A stretch of 64,000 nt of DNA from a virus (IMGVR_UViG_3300035210_000132:92596-156595); one strand, 5' to 3'; positions 43,002 to 52,600 are shown, counted from the first letter of the stretch. Notes: generated from the sequence alone by a model not told the origin. A program made the numbers and translations.

Positions 43002-43508
43002 ATGCCCCGTGGAATCTACGACCGTTCGAAGGCCAAGAAGCGCACCAAGACCGCTGCTCCTACCGAAGGTGCACCTGTCAAGAGGAAGCCTGGCCGTCCC
43101 CCGAAGAACCTCGCGGCCGTGACGGCTGCTGCTCCCAAGGCCAAGGCCAAGGGCAAGATCGGCCGTCCTCGTAAGACGGTCGAGACGGTGGTGTCGCGTC
43201 AGCAGGTCGATGCGCGGGACCAGTTCGCTATCGTGCGTGAGAACCTGATCGCCCTGTCTCAGGTGCGCGCGCACGTCAAGGAGAACGAGTCCACCGAGAC
43301 CGTCGATGCCGAGATGGCCAAGCAGCTAGGCATCATGACAGCTCTTCGCCAGCAGCATTTCGGTCATCTGAGCCCTGAGCTGGCAGAAGTGCAGTCTCCT
43401 GAGGAGACTCCTGCAGAAGTCCAAGCCGTCCCGCAGGCGGCTTCGGTGCCGCTGCCCCCCCTTCCTCCTCCGCCCAGCCTGCCTCTCCCTCAGCAGGTTC
43501 GCCAGTAG
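43002..43508 (+). CDS. AT-hook DNA-binding protein
   Basis: 'KRKPGRPPKN' and 'GRPRK' AT-hooks. Lys/Ala-rich N-terminus and Pro-rich C-terminus. Confidence 0.5.
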   Translation: MPRGIYDRSKAKKRTKTAAPTEGAPVKRKPGRPPKNLAAVTAAAPKAKAKGKIGRPRKTVETVVSRQQVDARDQFAIVRENLIALSQVRAHVKENESTETVDAEMAKQLGIMTALRQQHFGHLSPELAEVQSPEETPAEVQAVPQAASVPLPPLPPPPSLPLPQQVRQ

Positions 43509-43610
43509 GCGTAGCAATTCACCAAGCATACGAGGTATAAGCCTTCTGGAGAGGAAACTTTCCAGGAGGTTTTTTTATGCCTCAGGAATCGGTCATCTCA
43601 AGGAGGATGC

Positions 43611-43826
43611 ATGCCGTTCGACGCTGTGTGCCGGGGCAACCGCTTCGATTTCAAGCTCGACGAAGAAACCTCTAAAGGCCTGTATGCGGTTATGGCAGGC
43701 CACCCCGAGTGGGTCACTCCCGAGATGTTTGCCGAAGGGCAGTACATCTGGTCGTGGTTCTTCTCCACGGTCCAGGGGCTCGCTATGGACTACAACAAAG
43801 CTCTAGGGATAAAGAAAGCTGGGTAA
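43611..43826 (+). CDS. hypothetical protein
   Basis: RBS 'aaggagg'. A GATAAG-type motif 'gtataagcc' lies at ~43537. Confidence 0.4.
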   Translation: MPFDAVCRGNRFDFKLDEETSKGLYAVMAGHPEWVTPEMFAEGQYIWSWFFSTVQGLAMDYNKALGIKKAG

Positions 43827-43828
43827 CC

Positions 43829-44320
43829 ATGACCACCAAGAAGGTCCCCACCAAGAAAGCCAAGCCCGCTACCAAGAAGAAGACCACTACCAAAAAGGAG
43901 AAGCGTGTACCTCCTCTCTCCCGTAAATGGGTGAACATGGCCATTGAGCAGGGGCTACAGGCCTCCTGTGTGGCCTCGGACGAGCTGATCGATGACATCG
44001 TATCTTGGTCACAGAAAGATGTCCGCAAAGTCCTGGCGTTTATGCTTGGCATGCTCCGAGGTACAGCCATGCAACTTGGGCGGCTGTCTTCGATCATGGT
44101 GCACTTAGGAAAAGTTCCGGCTCAGGTGATCCAGGAGATGGCCATGGTCCCTGGCCAGGAAGCTTTCTCGGCAGTACACGACTACACGAAAAAAGTGGAG
44201 ACGGTAGACTTCGACGTCCTTTTTGAGGTTCTCACCGCCACCATGTCATCCAAGAAGAGAGAAGAGACCCCCAACAAAGACCTGAAGAACGTGATCAAGC
44301 TGCCGGTGCGCAGCAAGTAA
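43829..44320 (+). CDS. protein with histone H1-like Lys-rich N-terminal tail
   Basis: 'MTTKKVPTKKAKPATKKKTTTKKEKR'. Confidence 0.45.
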   Translation: MTTKKVPTKKAKPATKKKTTTKKEKRVPPLSRKWVNMAIEQGLQASCVASDELIDDIVSWSQKDVRKVLAFMLGMLRGTAMQLGRLSSIMVHLGKVPAQVIQEMAMVPGQEAFSAVHDYTKKVETVDFDVLFEVLTATMSSKKREETPNKDLKNVIKLPVRSK

Positions 44321-44338
44321 CGCTCCTAGGAGAGATTC

Positions 44339-44539
44339 ATGGACCCAGACGCCAATCTGGCAGAGCAACTACGGCTCTCGGGTCGCATCGAACGTGCCCA
44401 AGAGCTCTGTCTTCCTCCTAATCTTCAGGACGTCTACCGTCTGACCGAGCTGATCAAAGCCCTCGACGAGTGGATCCGTCATGGGGGCTTCTTGCCCCAA
44501 AGCTGGGAGCGTCGCAGAGTCGCGACACGCTCTCAGTAA
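44339..44539 (+). CDS. hypothetical protein
   Basis: ORF. Confidence 0.35.
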   Translation: MDPDANLAEQLRLSGRIERAQELCLPPNLQDVYRLTELIKALDEWIRHGGFLPQSWERRRVATRSQ

Positions 44540-44559
44540 GCCCTTCTCCGTGCAGCACC

Positions 44560-44592
44560 GTGAGGCCCCACCAGGGGCCTTCGTTTAGCCCT
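44560..44592 (+). terminator. Rho-independent terminator
   Basis: 'gaggccccaccaggggcctt' hairpin + 'cgtttagcc'. Confidence 0.55.
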
Positions 44593-44613
44593 CAAAATAG
44601 AGGTTTCCAGAGA

Positions 44614-44623
44614 GATAAGAATA
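44614..44623 (+). promoter_or_regulatory. Conserved promoter-like box GATAAGAATA
   Basis: First of at least 17 copies of (G/T)ATAAG(A/C)(A/G)TA found 30-60 nt upstream of start codons in the right half of the window. Confidence 0.5.
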
Positions 44624-44664
44624 GTGAGGCTAACAACCCATTTAATCTCTCGGAGGACTTCTCT

Positions 44665-45453
44665 ATGCCGAAGAACGATGTCTCCAAAGATCTGCGCTAC
44701 CAGAAGGCCAAGTGCCTTTTGGCGTCCGCCCTGTTCCTCCTAAAGGAAGCGCTGGGGGAATTTGACGAGTATGGGGCACTGGAGCCCCTGGTGAAGGCGG
44801 GTGAGCACCTTCGTAATGCCCAGCTGCGCGAGAAGAAGGAAGGAGATCGAGAAATTATGCAGGTCCTCTCTGAGGACGAAGAGGGTGCGCCCCTTGAGCC
44901 CCTCGCCAGGACCATGAATCTCGTTGCGCCAAAGGTCAGGCGCAAAGCCCTCTCGCCGGCACGGCAGGCGGCCCTTGAGGAAAGGGAGCACCTCGAGGCC
45001 TTATTCAAGGCCAACCCAAACCGCCAGTTCAAGGCCGAAGAGCTGCTCAGGAAGCTCGGGAGGGAGAATCTTGTCACCCTCAAGCAGCAGCTGGGATATC
45101 TCTTTTACGCCGGGATCCTTGAGAAGAGCGGGAAGTGCTACTTCCTGAAGAAGCCCAAGGAAGTGGTGGCCCCCAGCCCCTTGGCCAAGAAGCCGCGCAG
45201 AACCTTTTCCCGGAAACGGAAATTCTCCAAGGTGGATGGGGTGACCAGCCAGCTGGAGGAAGCTATCCTCCGCTGCGCTACGAAGGAGGTAGGGACAAAC
45301 CAGGTCAGGGACAAACTAAAGTCCGACTTCTACCTGGTCAGGGATGCGATTAACGGCCTCTTGAAAAAGGGCCTACTGAAAAAGGTCGACGTCGAGGTCA
45401 TAGATGCCAGGGGCCACCACCGATCCTTCTCGAAGTACATGAAGGTCGGCTAG
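44665..45453 (+). CDS. hypothetical protein
   Basis: RBS 'ggagg'. The ORF-track 5' extension is unlikely. Confidence 0.45.
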   Translation: MPKNDVSKDLRYQKAKCLLASALFLLKEALGEFDEYGALEPLVKAGEHLRNAQLREKKEGDREIMQVLSEDEEGAPLEPLARTMNLVAPKVRRKALSPARQAALEEREHLEALFKANPNRQFKAEELLRKLGRENLVTLKQQLGYLFYAGILEKSGKCYFLKKPKEVVAPSPLAKKPRRTFSRKRKFSKVDGVTSQLEEAILRCATKEVGTNQVRDKLKSDFYLVRDAINGLLKKGLLKKVDVEVIDARGHHRSFSKYMKVG

Positions 45454-45455
45454 CT

Positions 45456-46361
45456 GTGGGCTGCCCTCCTGACACCGACGAGAAGAGGTTGGCTCGCTTC
45501 TACCTGTACAGGAAAGTGCGTCACCTCTGGGAGGTGGGGGATCCCCTGACTGGATGTGCTGTGGTCTTGGCCGGAGACGAAGCGTCGGAGATCGGGTGCC
45601 TACGGTACTACCTAAAAAGGGAGCCCGAGACGACCTACTTTGTTGATGTAGACAAGGCGGGTCTTGACCTAGCCACGAGTCTGTGGAAGGGCGTGCGCAC
45701 TTTCCATGGCTCGATCTCCGACGCGATTCCCCAGATCGAAGACTCCTTCGCGTTCGTGAATCTGGACTTCTGCGGGTTCATGCGGGAAGAGATCATTCAG
45801 AGCCTTGCGGGCCTTGCTGGGAAGATACCCGTCTACGGGGTTGTCTCCTACACATTCCTCCGGAGTCGCGAAGGGGCTTATACCCCAGGATGGGAGGTGG
45901 CCCAGGATCTGGCCACAGACATCATGGAGAAAGACCCTCGCTTCAAGAAGTTCGAGAAAAACTCACCAGAGTGGCTGGACGCTGTCCGCTTTCTTGGGTA
46001 TACCGAGATCCTGAGAAGGCAGTTGGGCAAGACCTTCGAGCCTGTGTTCCGGCTCAGGTACACAGGGGGTCGTAGGTCCAACATGGGCATGGTCGCCCTA
46101 CAGAACGTCCCGCCCTTTGCCAAGACCCCGGCTTGGAGAAAGGAGGTCAGCACCGCCAGGTCGTTCGAGGAGAAGTCGGGGGTAATTCTGGGGGACGACC
46201 TAGCCCTCAAGATCAGAGACCTGGCCCTCACCCTGACGGATGTGTTCCCCACCAAAGAGGTGGCGCAGATCCTCCACATACCTCGGGGCACGATGGCCGC
46301 CTATCAGGCCAACAAGACCCGGGGTACCTACCGAAAGGTGGAAGAGCCCGAGGAGCCCTAA
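45456..46361 (+). CDS. hypothetical protein
   Basis: 301-aa ORF. 'FVDVDKAGLD'/'FVNLDFCGF' motifs have no confident assignment. Confidence 0.45.
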   Translation: MGCPPDTDEKRLARFYLYRKVRHLWEVGDPLTGCAVVLAGDEASEIGCLRYYLKREPETTYFVDVDKAGLDLATSLWKGVRTFHGSISDAIPQIEDSFAFVNLDFCGFMREEIIQSLAGLAGKIPVYGVVSYTFLRSREGAYTPGWEVAQDLATDIMEKDPRFKKFEKNSPEWLDAVRFLGYTEILRRQLGKTFEPVFRLRYTGGRRSNMGMVALQNVPPFAKTPAWRKEVSTARSFEEKSGVILGDDLALKIRDLALTLTDVFPTKEVAQILHIPRGTMAAYQANKTRGTYRKVEEPEEP

Positions 46362-46362
46362 G

Positions 46363-47298
46363 ATGGCCATGGCCCAGAGAAAGATCACGCAGGTCTCCGA
46401 GATCCTGCATGTTCTCCGGCTTAGAGCGATGCTGTCGATATTCGACGTGGCATTCTCTACCGGAGTGGATATTCACACCGTGAGGAAGTGGGAGAAGGGA
46501 GAGGCGACCCCTACTGAGCTTTCGCTGAAGCGGCTCTACGAGCTCTTCCCGGAGCTCAAGCACGCAACGGATTGCCTACCTAGGATCTTGATCGATCAGA
46601 TCAAGTCCAGGGCCCTGGCCGTAGGCAATCGGGGCCAAGAGCTCTGGGTACCTCCGTCTGCGCTTCCAGGGGAGGATCCTCCTGAGTTCGTCTTGAGCTT
46701 CCACCAGGTCCTAGCCAGTATCATGGCAGACGAGAGCCTGGAAATCGAAGACGTGCGTTCTATGTTTGACCTCCCGAAAGGCCTGGTCGAGAGGTGGTGC
46801 ACGGGCGAGGTTCTTCCGACTAGGGAGCACTACCAGCAACTCGTGGACGTATGGCCACAGCTGCTACAAGAGCCCAAGCCAGGAGAGCCAGAGTCTTGGG
46901 TGCGCGTAATCAAGCCCTTCTTGCAGGCCGTACCGATGCCTGCTCCAACTCTCCCCACACCCCCAGTGCTTCCAAAGCAGGATCTCACGGCTACCGTAGT
47001 GGTGCCGGTGGTAGCCCCGACCTCTCCGCTGCCTCCTGCTTTACCACCACTAACGCCCCCGCCCATTCCCAAGATCGAGGCCTTCGTTCCTCCCGACCGG
47101 CAGAAGAAGAAAGTCGACCATGCAGCTGTAGAGTACGGGCAGGCCATGGTCGCCCTGGAGCACGCCAGGAAGTACCGGGAAGAGCTTGTGGCTCAGCTGG
47201 TACAGCTAGATGCAGAGCTTAAGGACCTAGAAAACCAGGCCCAGGAGGCGGAAAAGGCCTTCTGGGTGTCTGTCAGAAAAGCGGCAGACGAGATGTGA
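46363..47298 (+). CDS. Tandem helix-turn-helix (XRE/Cro-like) domain protein with Pro-rich linker and C-terminal coiled coil
   Basis: 'LRLRAMLSIFDVAFSTGVDIHTVRKWEKGEATPT' and a second 'IEDVRSMFDLPKGLVERWCTGEVLPT'. RBS 'gaggag'. Confidence 0.5.
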   Translation: MAMAQRKITQVSEILHVLRLRAMLSIFDVAFSTGVDIHTVRKWEKGEATPTELSLKRLYELFPELKHATDCLPRILIDQIKSRALAVGNRGQELWVPPSALPGEDPPEFVLSFHQVLASIMADESLEIEDVRSMFDLPKGLVERWCTGEVLPTREHYQQLVDVWPQLLQEPKPGEPESWVRVIKPFLQAVPMPAPTLPTPPVLPKQDLTATVVVPVVAPTSPLPPALPPLTPPPIPKIEAFVPPDRQKKKVDHAAVEYGQAMVALEHARKYREELVAQLVQLDAELKDLENQAQEAEKAFWVSVRKAADEM

Positions 47299-47303
47299 TA
47301 GAA

Positions 47304-47346
47304 GGAGGGCCAGATGTCTGTAAGAGACCCTGGTCCCTCCTTTTAC
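47304..47346 (+). terminator. Rho-independent terminator
   Basis: 'ggagggccagatgtctgtaagagaccctggtccctcc' + 'ttttacc'. Confidence 0.6.
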
Positions 47347-47444
47347 CTCCTAGATAGCAAAAATAGCAGATTTCCTGAGATAAGCCTTATGAAGAAAGGC
47401 CTAGTTTCTAGGTACTCTTCTAAACCAGTAACCAGGAGTCCACC

Positions 47445-47861
47445 ATGTCGCTCGTGAAGACCATTACCAAGGTTATCGCCACCGAAATCAAGCTCAACCT
47501 CCTCGCCCTCAAGGCCGGCTATCGCGCCGGCTTCCAGTTCGGGGCGGGCAACCTCACCGGCCAGAAGGCCTTCGAGATGTACACCCGCCAGATGTACAGC
47601 GAGGGCCGGGAGGACATGAAGTTCATGCTCTCCCTGGCGTCGAAGCCTCTCAAGGCCCTTGCGGCCTTCTCGAAGGGGGTCAAGGAGAGCATCAAGGCCG
47701 TCGGCAAGATCGAGGCGGCCTTGGAAACCAAGGAGGAGACGGAGAAGCTGATGAACCTCATCTTCTCGGACCACAAGGTCACCATCTCCAAGGAAGACCT
47801 GAGCCGGATGTCCCAGGGCTGGGCGGACCAGGGCCGGGTCAAGATCGACTGGCAGGCCTAG
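47445..47861 (+). CDS. hypothetical protein
   Basis: Variant promoter 'gataagcctt' at 47379. RBS 'caggag'. Confidence 0.45.
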   Translation: MSLVKTITKVIATEIKLNLLALKAGYRAGFQFGAGNLTGQKAFEMYTRQMYSEGREDMKFMLSLASKPLKALAAFSKGVKESIKAVGKIEAALETKEETEKLMNLIFSDHKVTISKEDLSRMSQGWADQGRVKIDWQA

Positions 47862-47879
47862 TCTTCCCTCTCCTAATGC

Positions 47880-47915
47880 CCCCGGATGCAAGAACCCGGG
47901 GGCGCGTTTCTTAGC
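47880..47915 (+). terminator. Rho-independent terminator
   Basis: 'ccccggatgcaagaacccggggg' + 'cgcgtttctt'. Confidence 0.65.
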
Positions 47916-47946
47916 TATCAAAGTGCAAAGCAGCCCCTCTTGCTGG

Positions 47947-47956
47947 GATAAGAAAG
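47947..47956 (+). promoter_or_regulatory. GATAAGAAAG promoter-like box
   Basis: 17 nt upstream of the ATG at 47973. Confidence 0.45.
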
Positions 47957-47972
47957 TAACGGGAGGGCTTTT

Positions 47973-48242
47973 ATGACAGTCTCAGAAGCTATAAAGATAA
48001 TAGAGATTGGAAACACCCTAGAGTTACTCAGGGTGGATACGGAGCTCTGTGCAGACATGCACAGACTCGACCTCATCGCCGAGATTATCGGTGTTGTGAC
48101 GGGGGACATGACGGGGGCCATCCTGGACCCGGGTACCGACCCTCATTTCCGGGAGCACCTGGAGGAGCTCTTCCAGGTCGCCATCAGCTTGTCGATGATG
48201 GCACGGAGCCGGGCTGAAATAGCCCGGTGCCTGAAGAACTAG
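47973..48242 (+). CDS. hypothetical protein
   Basis: ORF. Confidence 0.45.
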   Translation: MTVSEAIKIIEIGNTLELLRVDTELCADMHRLDLIAEIIGVVTGDMTGAILDPGTDPHFREHLEELFQVAISLSMMARSRAEIARCLKN

Positions 48243-48428
48243 TCCCTACTAGAACGGGTCCTGGGGCGCCAAAGCCCTAGGACCCCTATGTTAGCCCCAA
48301 ACTGCAAAAGTCAGAGATTCTCGGGCATAAGCGTCATGAAAGAGAGACATCCCGTCTCTCTGGAGTAGGCAGTCAAACGACTGCTGAAAACCCAAGGCGC
48401 TCAGACGAGCGCAGAATGGATAACGACC

Positions 48429-48803
48429 ATGACCAAGCTGTTCCTCTCGGCCAGGATTCGCGACCTCCTCAACGGCCTCAACGAGCTGGGATGCTCCGGC
48501 ATCCCCATCTCGGTCAAGCTCCAGGACGAGGGCGAGATGCGGGCCTTCACGGTCCGCTTTCCGGGCATCACCGTGAGGGGTGCTCTCCGGGTCTGGCAGA
48601 GCCACTTCGGGGAGCACGGAAATATCCGTGGCATCGTGGTGGCCCGGAAGAGCGTCCCGTCCTACGAGACCTCCTCCGCGTATGCCATGTCGGCCAGGGA
48701 CGTCGCGTATTGCGACGCTGTGGCCTCGTGGCGGAGGAACGAGACTCCGGGGATGTCCTGGTCGGAATTCACCCGGGACTCTGTTCCCAGCTACGTCGAG
48801 TAG
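48429..48803 (+). CDS. hypothetical protein
   Basis: ORF with a 'gcataagcgt' box at 48325. Confidence 0.45.
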   Translation: MTKLFLSARIRDLLNGLNELGCSGIPISVKLQDEGEMRAFTVRFPGITVRGALRVWQSHFGEHGNIRGIVVARKSVPSYETSSAYAMSARDVAYCDAVASWRRNETPGMSWSEFTRDSVPSYVE

Positions 48804-48807
48804 CGCC

Positions 48808-48850
48808 TCCTGACATGAAAGCCTCTGGTGAGTTCCCCAGAGGCTTTCCT
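48808..48850 (+). terminator. Rho-independent terminator
   Basis: 'aagcctctggtgagttccccagaggctt' + 'tcctttagc'. Confidence 0.65.
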
Positions 48851-48885
48851 TTAGCTCTCAGGCGCAAATCCAGGACCTTCTCGGA

Positions 48886-48895
48886 GATAAGCCCA
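48886..48895 (+). promoter_or_regulatory. GATAAGCCCA promoter-like box
   Basis: Upstream of the ATG at 48943 (RBS 'aggag'). Confidence 0.4.
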
Positions 48896-48942
48896 CTAGA
48901 AGGGTCAGCATATCGCTGGCTCAAACTGCTAGGAGTCTCCAA

Positions 48943-49506
48943 ATGTCTATCACCATGACCGCTATCGTTTCCAAGCTCCCCCCCGTCGGCATCTCGGCGA
49001 TCTTCTCCTTCAGCCCGGCCCCGACGCCGGAGCTCCTGAAGGTGATCGAGTCCTCGGTCAAGAGGTCCTCCCCGAAGGGGACGTTCGTCCCCACCCAGAC
49101 GGGGTTCGAGGCGTCGGATCCCCAGATCCCGTTCTCGGAGGTGTCCGGGACGGACTGGAGCACGTGCCCGTTCCCGATCGATGTCGTGGTCGAGGAAGAC
49201 GCCATCCTGGTGACGGCCTTCCTGCCGATGACCACGGACGAGTTCGCCCGGCACATCGCCGGCAGGCCGGTCCTGGCCCAGCCCGAGGGCCGGTATTTCG
49301 TGTGGCACGTTTCCACGACCGTCTCGGGGAGCGTGTCGTCCTCCGGGATCATCGCCGGGCCGATGAGCCGAGAGGACGCCTTCGAGTTCGTGCAGGACAA
49401 GGAGGGTGAGCTGCTCTCCGAGGACGAGGGCATCTCCGAGGACATCTGCACCCGCTACGAGGTCCGGGTTGATGACGGATACCCGGACATGGCGGTGGTG
49501 CGCTAA
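48943..49506 (+). CDS. hypothetical acidic protein
   Basis: ORF. Alternate-frame ORFs were rejected. Confidence 0.45.
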   Translation: MSITMTAIVSKLPPVGISAIFSFSPAPTPELLKVIESSVKRSSPKGTFVPTQTGFEASDPQIPFSEVSGTDWSTCPFPIDVVVEEDAILVTAFLPMTTDEFARHIAGRPVLAQPEGRYFVWHVSTTVSGSVSSSGIIAGPMSREDAFEFVQDKEGELLSEDEGISEDICTRYEVRVDDGYPDMAVVR

Positions 49507-50015
49507 TGAAGCGCCAGGCTGAGCCCTCGCAGTGGCGAGGGAAGAAGATCGCCGAGGTCAAGAGCGAGGACCGGTGCGGTGATCTTTGGGTCCTCTTCGA
49601 GGACGGAACGTTTGCCCTCGTCCCACGTCCCACCAAGATCGTGAAAGTCCCGCTCACCTGCGAGGACATCGAGGACGAAGAGCACGTGAAGCGCGAGGCC
49701 AAGCACGAGATCCTCGTGCAGGTGGGCGTCGCGGAGATCGAGGACTTCCTGGTGGTCTGGCGGGCCCACCGCAAAGCAGAGGCCGACCGCCTCGAGCTGG
49801 AGGAGAGGGCTGAATTGGCCCGCCTCCAGGCCAAGTACGGTAAGGCCAAGGTCGAGGAGGACGAGTACCATCCTCTCCTCGAGCTCCGTGTCTGCGCGTG
49901 CGGGTGCAAGAAGGTGGGCTTCAGCACGCACATGGACGCGTGGTACTGCCCTATGTGCTTCTCGGAGTCCCCCCGGGACTTCGCCAAGGTGCGTCTCGAG
50001 AACCAGCAGGACTAG
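49506..50015 (+). CDS. hypothetical protein with C-terminal zinc ribbon
   Basis: 'CACGCKKVGFSTHMDAWYCPMCF'. Confidence 0.45.
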   Translation: MKRQAEPSQWRGKKIAEVKSEDRCGDLWVLFEDGTFALVPRPTKIVKVPLTCEDIEDEEHVKREAKHEILVQVGVAEIEDFLVVWRAHRKAEADRLELEERAELARLQAKYGKAKVEEDEYHPLLELRVCACGCKKVGFSTHMDAWYCPMCFSESPRDFAKVRLENQQD

Positions 50016-50027
50016 CTACGCTCACCA

Positions 50028-50062
50028 GCCCAGGGGACTTCGCACCTCCCCTGGGCGCCGTT
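50028..50062 (+). terminator. Rho-independent terminator
   Basis: 'cccaggggacttcgcacctcccctggg' + 'cgccgtttctt'. Confidence 0.65.
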
Positions 50063-50299
50063 TCTTAGATCTCTATCTTGAGCCGTACGAACCGCAGCAC
50101 TTCTTTGCGGATCCAGATAGCCCCGAAGTGAGAAGAGCAGTAGTGGGCTTTGTTTCCGGACTTCAGAGTAGCCAGAAAGGCAGCTCTCTTGGCGCACCGG
50201 TCCCCATGGCCACAGATAGCCTCACAACGAGGCAAGGTAGGGCTAGAAAGCTCCATCTGTTCTAAGGCTAGCATAAAGTGCAAAACCAGAGGAGTTTCT

Positions 50300-50309
50300 G
50301 ACATAAGTC
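50300..50309 (+). promoter_or_regulatory. GACATAAGTC promoter-like box
   Basis: Upstream of the ATG at 50357 (RBS 'aggag'). Confidence 0.4.
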
Positions 50310-50356
50310 TAGTAACAGGAAGACATCTTCCTGAAATCCTTGCCTAGGAGTCTACT

Positions 50357-50773
50357 ATGCACACTAGGATCAACGAAGAGATGGACGCCTTGACGCGTAA
50401 GGCGTCAAAGTACACGTCGAGGGACTTAACGTGGAGGATCCGGGACGGTATCTTGCGTCTAGGAGATGGGTCCCGGAATGGGGACCTGTACCTGGTCGAG
50501 CACCCGGCCGGGGTGCTTCACGAGGTCTACATGAATACCCGGAGCTTCGGCTTCGGGATCCACGAGCACCACTGGGTGCTCAAGGCCCTCCAGTTGTACA
50601 GGAGGGGGGCTGAGTTCATCGTAACAAATCTTGACGGCAGCTGCGCTCTCGTCACGATCCGCCAGGTAGCAAGTGGCGTGATCACAGTCCAGTACCCTGA
50701 CGGGGTGCTAGTTGAGGCAGTCCCAGACTACTTCAGTTCTGGGATCTACTCCCAGAGCCTCCAGAACAACTAA
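50357..50773 (+). CDS. hypothetical protein
   Basis: ORF. Confidence 0.45.
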   Translation: MHTRINEEMDALTRKASKYTSRDLTWRIRDGILRLGDGSRNGDLYLVEHPAGVLHEVYMNTRSFGFGIHEHHWVLKALQLYRRGAEFIVTNLDGSCALVTIRQVASGVITVQYPDGVLVEAVPDYFSSGIYSQSLQNN

Positions 50774-50851
50774 GCAAGAATCCCCTCCCCCAGCAACACC
50801 GCCGTTTTTTAGGCCCCAGCTGCGCTCTAAAATACCCCTTCCCCTTAAGGG

Positions 50852-50861
50852 TATAAGAATA
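50852..50861 (+). promoter_or_regulatory. TATAAGAATA promoter-like box
   Basis: 'gggtataagaatagtggaggtagctATG'. Confidence 0.5.
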
Positions 50862-50873
50862 GTGGAGGTAGCT

Positions 50874-51104
50874 ATGAAGAAGATCTTGGTAGTGTTATGG
50901 CTAGTCCTTGAAGTAGAGGGACTGGCTTTGGGCCTCCCTTGGTGGGGAGTAGTCCTAGGCAACCTGGTTATCGGGTCTCCTATCCTAGTAGCCCTGATCA
51001 GGAAGCGCAGGGCGGATAGAAAGCGGGCCGAGGAGATCTGGGACCGTCCCGTGGACCCAGATACCATGTACTTCGTCGATGACGAAGGTAACCGGATCCC
51101 CTGA
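50874..51104 (+). CDS. small membrane protein
   Basis: In-frame ATG after RBS 'ggagg'. TM 'ILVVLWLVLEVEGLALGLPWWGVVLGNLVIGSPILVALI'. Confidence 0.5.
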   Translation: MKKILVVLWLVLEVEGLALGLPWWGVVLGNLVIGSPILVALIRKRRADRKRAEEIWDRPVDPDTMYFVDDEGNRIP

Positions 51105-51125
51105 AGGTACCAACTGGAGGTCTTT

Positions 51126-51590
51126 ATGCCTAGCAAGAGCAACGAAAAGCAAGTCGGGTTACCGGAGCTGCCTTCCCAGTCCTTGGAGCAGATCCTCGGT
51201 TCCGAGGGGTACCTGAAGGGGTGGCTCACTGCCATCCGGAGCAGGGCGATCGCCATCAAGGAGGCCATCGAGACCAGGAAGGATAAGAAGGAGTACTTCG
51301 AGTACCTGGAGACCACCTTGTTCAAAGTGATCGATGAGACCCTGAAGCGCCTCCCGAACAAGCCCAAGATCCCTGAAGAGGAGACCCTGGAATACAAGCT
51401 CCAGAACAACATGTCCCTGTTCCGGGTCAAGTTCGGGGACGGGGAGGAGGAGCCGGGGTCTTGCCATGTAGTGGCAGTTTCCATGGAGGAAGCCACCAAG
51501 CGGGTCCAGCAGGAGGTGATGCAGAAGGGGGAGCGGGTGTTGAACGTCTGGGAGCTGGATAGTTATGCGGTGGTGGCCCTGCCCAAGTAG
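51126..51590 (+). CDS. hypothetical protein
   Basis: RBS 'ggagg'. Confidence 0.45.
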   Translation: MPSKSNEKQVGLPELPSQSLEQILGSEGYLKGWLTAIRSRAIAIKEAIETRKDKKEYFEYLETTLFKVIDETLKRLPNKPKIPEEETLEYKLQNNMSLFRVKFGDGEEEPGSCHVVAVSMEEATKRVQQEVMQKGERVLNVWELDSYAVVALPK

Positions 51591-51599
51591 GGCTACAGG

Positions 51600-52600
51600 G
51601 CACCAAAGGGGGAGCTAACCCTCTTCCCTTAGCTACCTAGCAAAACTCCCCTCTTCCAGGAGATAAGTCTTATGTACCCAGACCAACGCTAGCTACTTGG
51701 GTACGAAAGGCTAGGTGGCCATGAATCTGACCGTGAGCCTAAACAATGGAAGGAGGTGGGAAGTGACCTGGCGACATTAAACCCAGCACACTGGGTGCGC
51801 AGTATAGAAGGGGGCCTGAGTACGCACTACGCCCGCTTCTTAGCCCTCAGCCAGAGCCCCCAAAATCCCCCAAGTAAATTTTCAGGCCCCTGTAGACCCC
51901 CCAAGCGTTTATTCGAGGTACCCACCCCCCTACCCCCTTAAACCCTCCCCAAAAAACAAGGCTCTCACGGGGAGCGATGGGTTCCTGTCCTAGGGGAGCC
52001 TTTAACTCCCCCCAAAAAACACGGGTACCACAGTCCCCCCGGATCGAGCCAAGTAGTACCTGTTCACTAAGCCTAGCAATTAGCGATGCCTTGCTTGCGA
52101 GCGTAGTGCGCTCCCTTGGGTGGGCTACAGGAGGCGCAAAGGGGTGCGGAATATCCGATGTTGGTATTTACCCCCTGGGGGAAACGACACCTTGGAGTTA
52201 TTCGGTGCACTTGATGGGGCTACAGAGGCATGAAGGACGCACTAGTATAGCATGAAGTGAGGAAATCTCGCTTTCTAGCTAGGGGAAGTGTAAGATCGAC
52301 ATAGCACTTTCGAAATACCATTATATTTATCGCAGAAGTAAACTGTAAAACCCGACTCTTTCCGAGTTTTTGAACGCTACATGATCAGCTATCCCTATCT
52401 ACCTAGCTACCTAACTAGTAACTCGTACTCCTTCCTCTTACCTACTCCCCTTACTTCGCTTTACTAAGGATAGACCGAACATCGCCTACCTCCCTTGGGC
52501 GCACTTTTGGGAGAGCTGGCTGTGCTCTCGTGCTTGCGGCTGGGTGTAGGTGAGCTGCGCAATGATACTTGTTGCTTCGGGTATAAGAGAGTTGAGGAGG
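51600..52600. other. ~1-kb non-coding region: GATAAG box (51660), a poly-C tract with repeated 'cccc(c)aaaaaaca(a/c)gg' (51830-52060), then AT-rich and CT-rich blocks (52290-52480). Candidate origin or packaging region.
   Basis: No credible ORF in any frame. Strong compositional skew compared with flanking DNA. Confidence 0.4.
52583..52592 (+). promoter_or_regulatory. GTATAAGAGA promoter-like box
   Basis: Upstream of the ATG at 52606 (RBS 'gaggagg'). Confidence 0.45.

Noticed and set aside
45456-46361. SAM-dependent methyltransferase call for ORF 45456-46361
   Set aside because: 'FVDVDKAGLD' and 'FVNLDFCGF' are only loosely motif-like, and no glycine-rich motif I or DPPY/NPPF was found. It is left as hypothetical.
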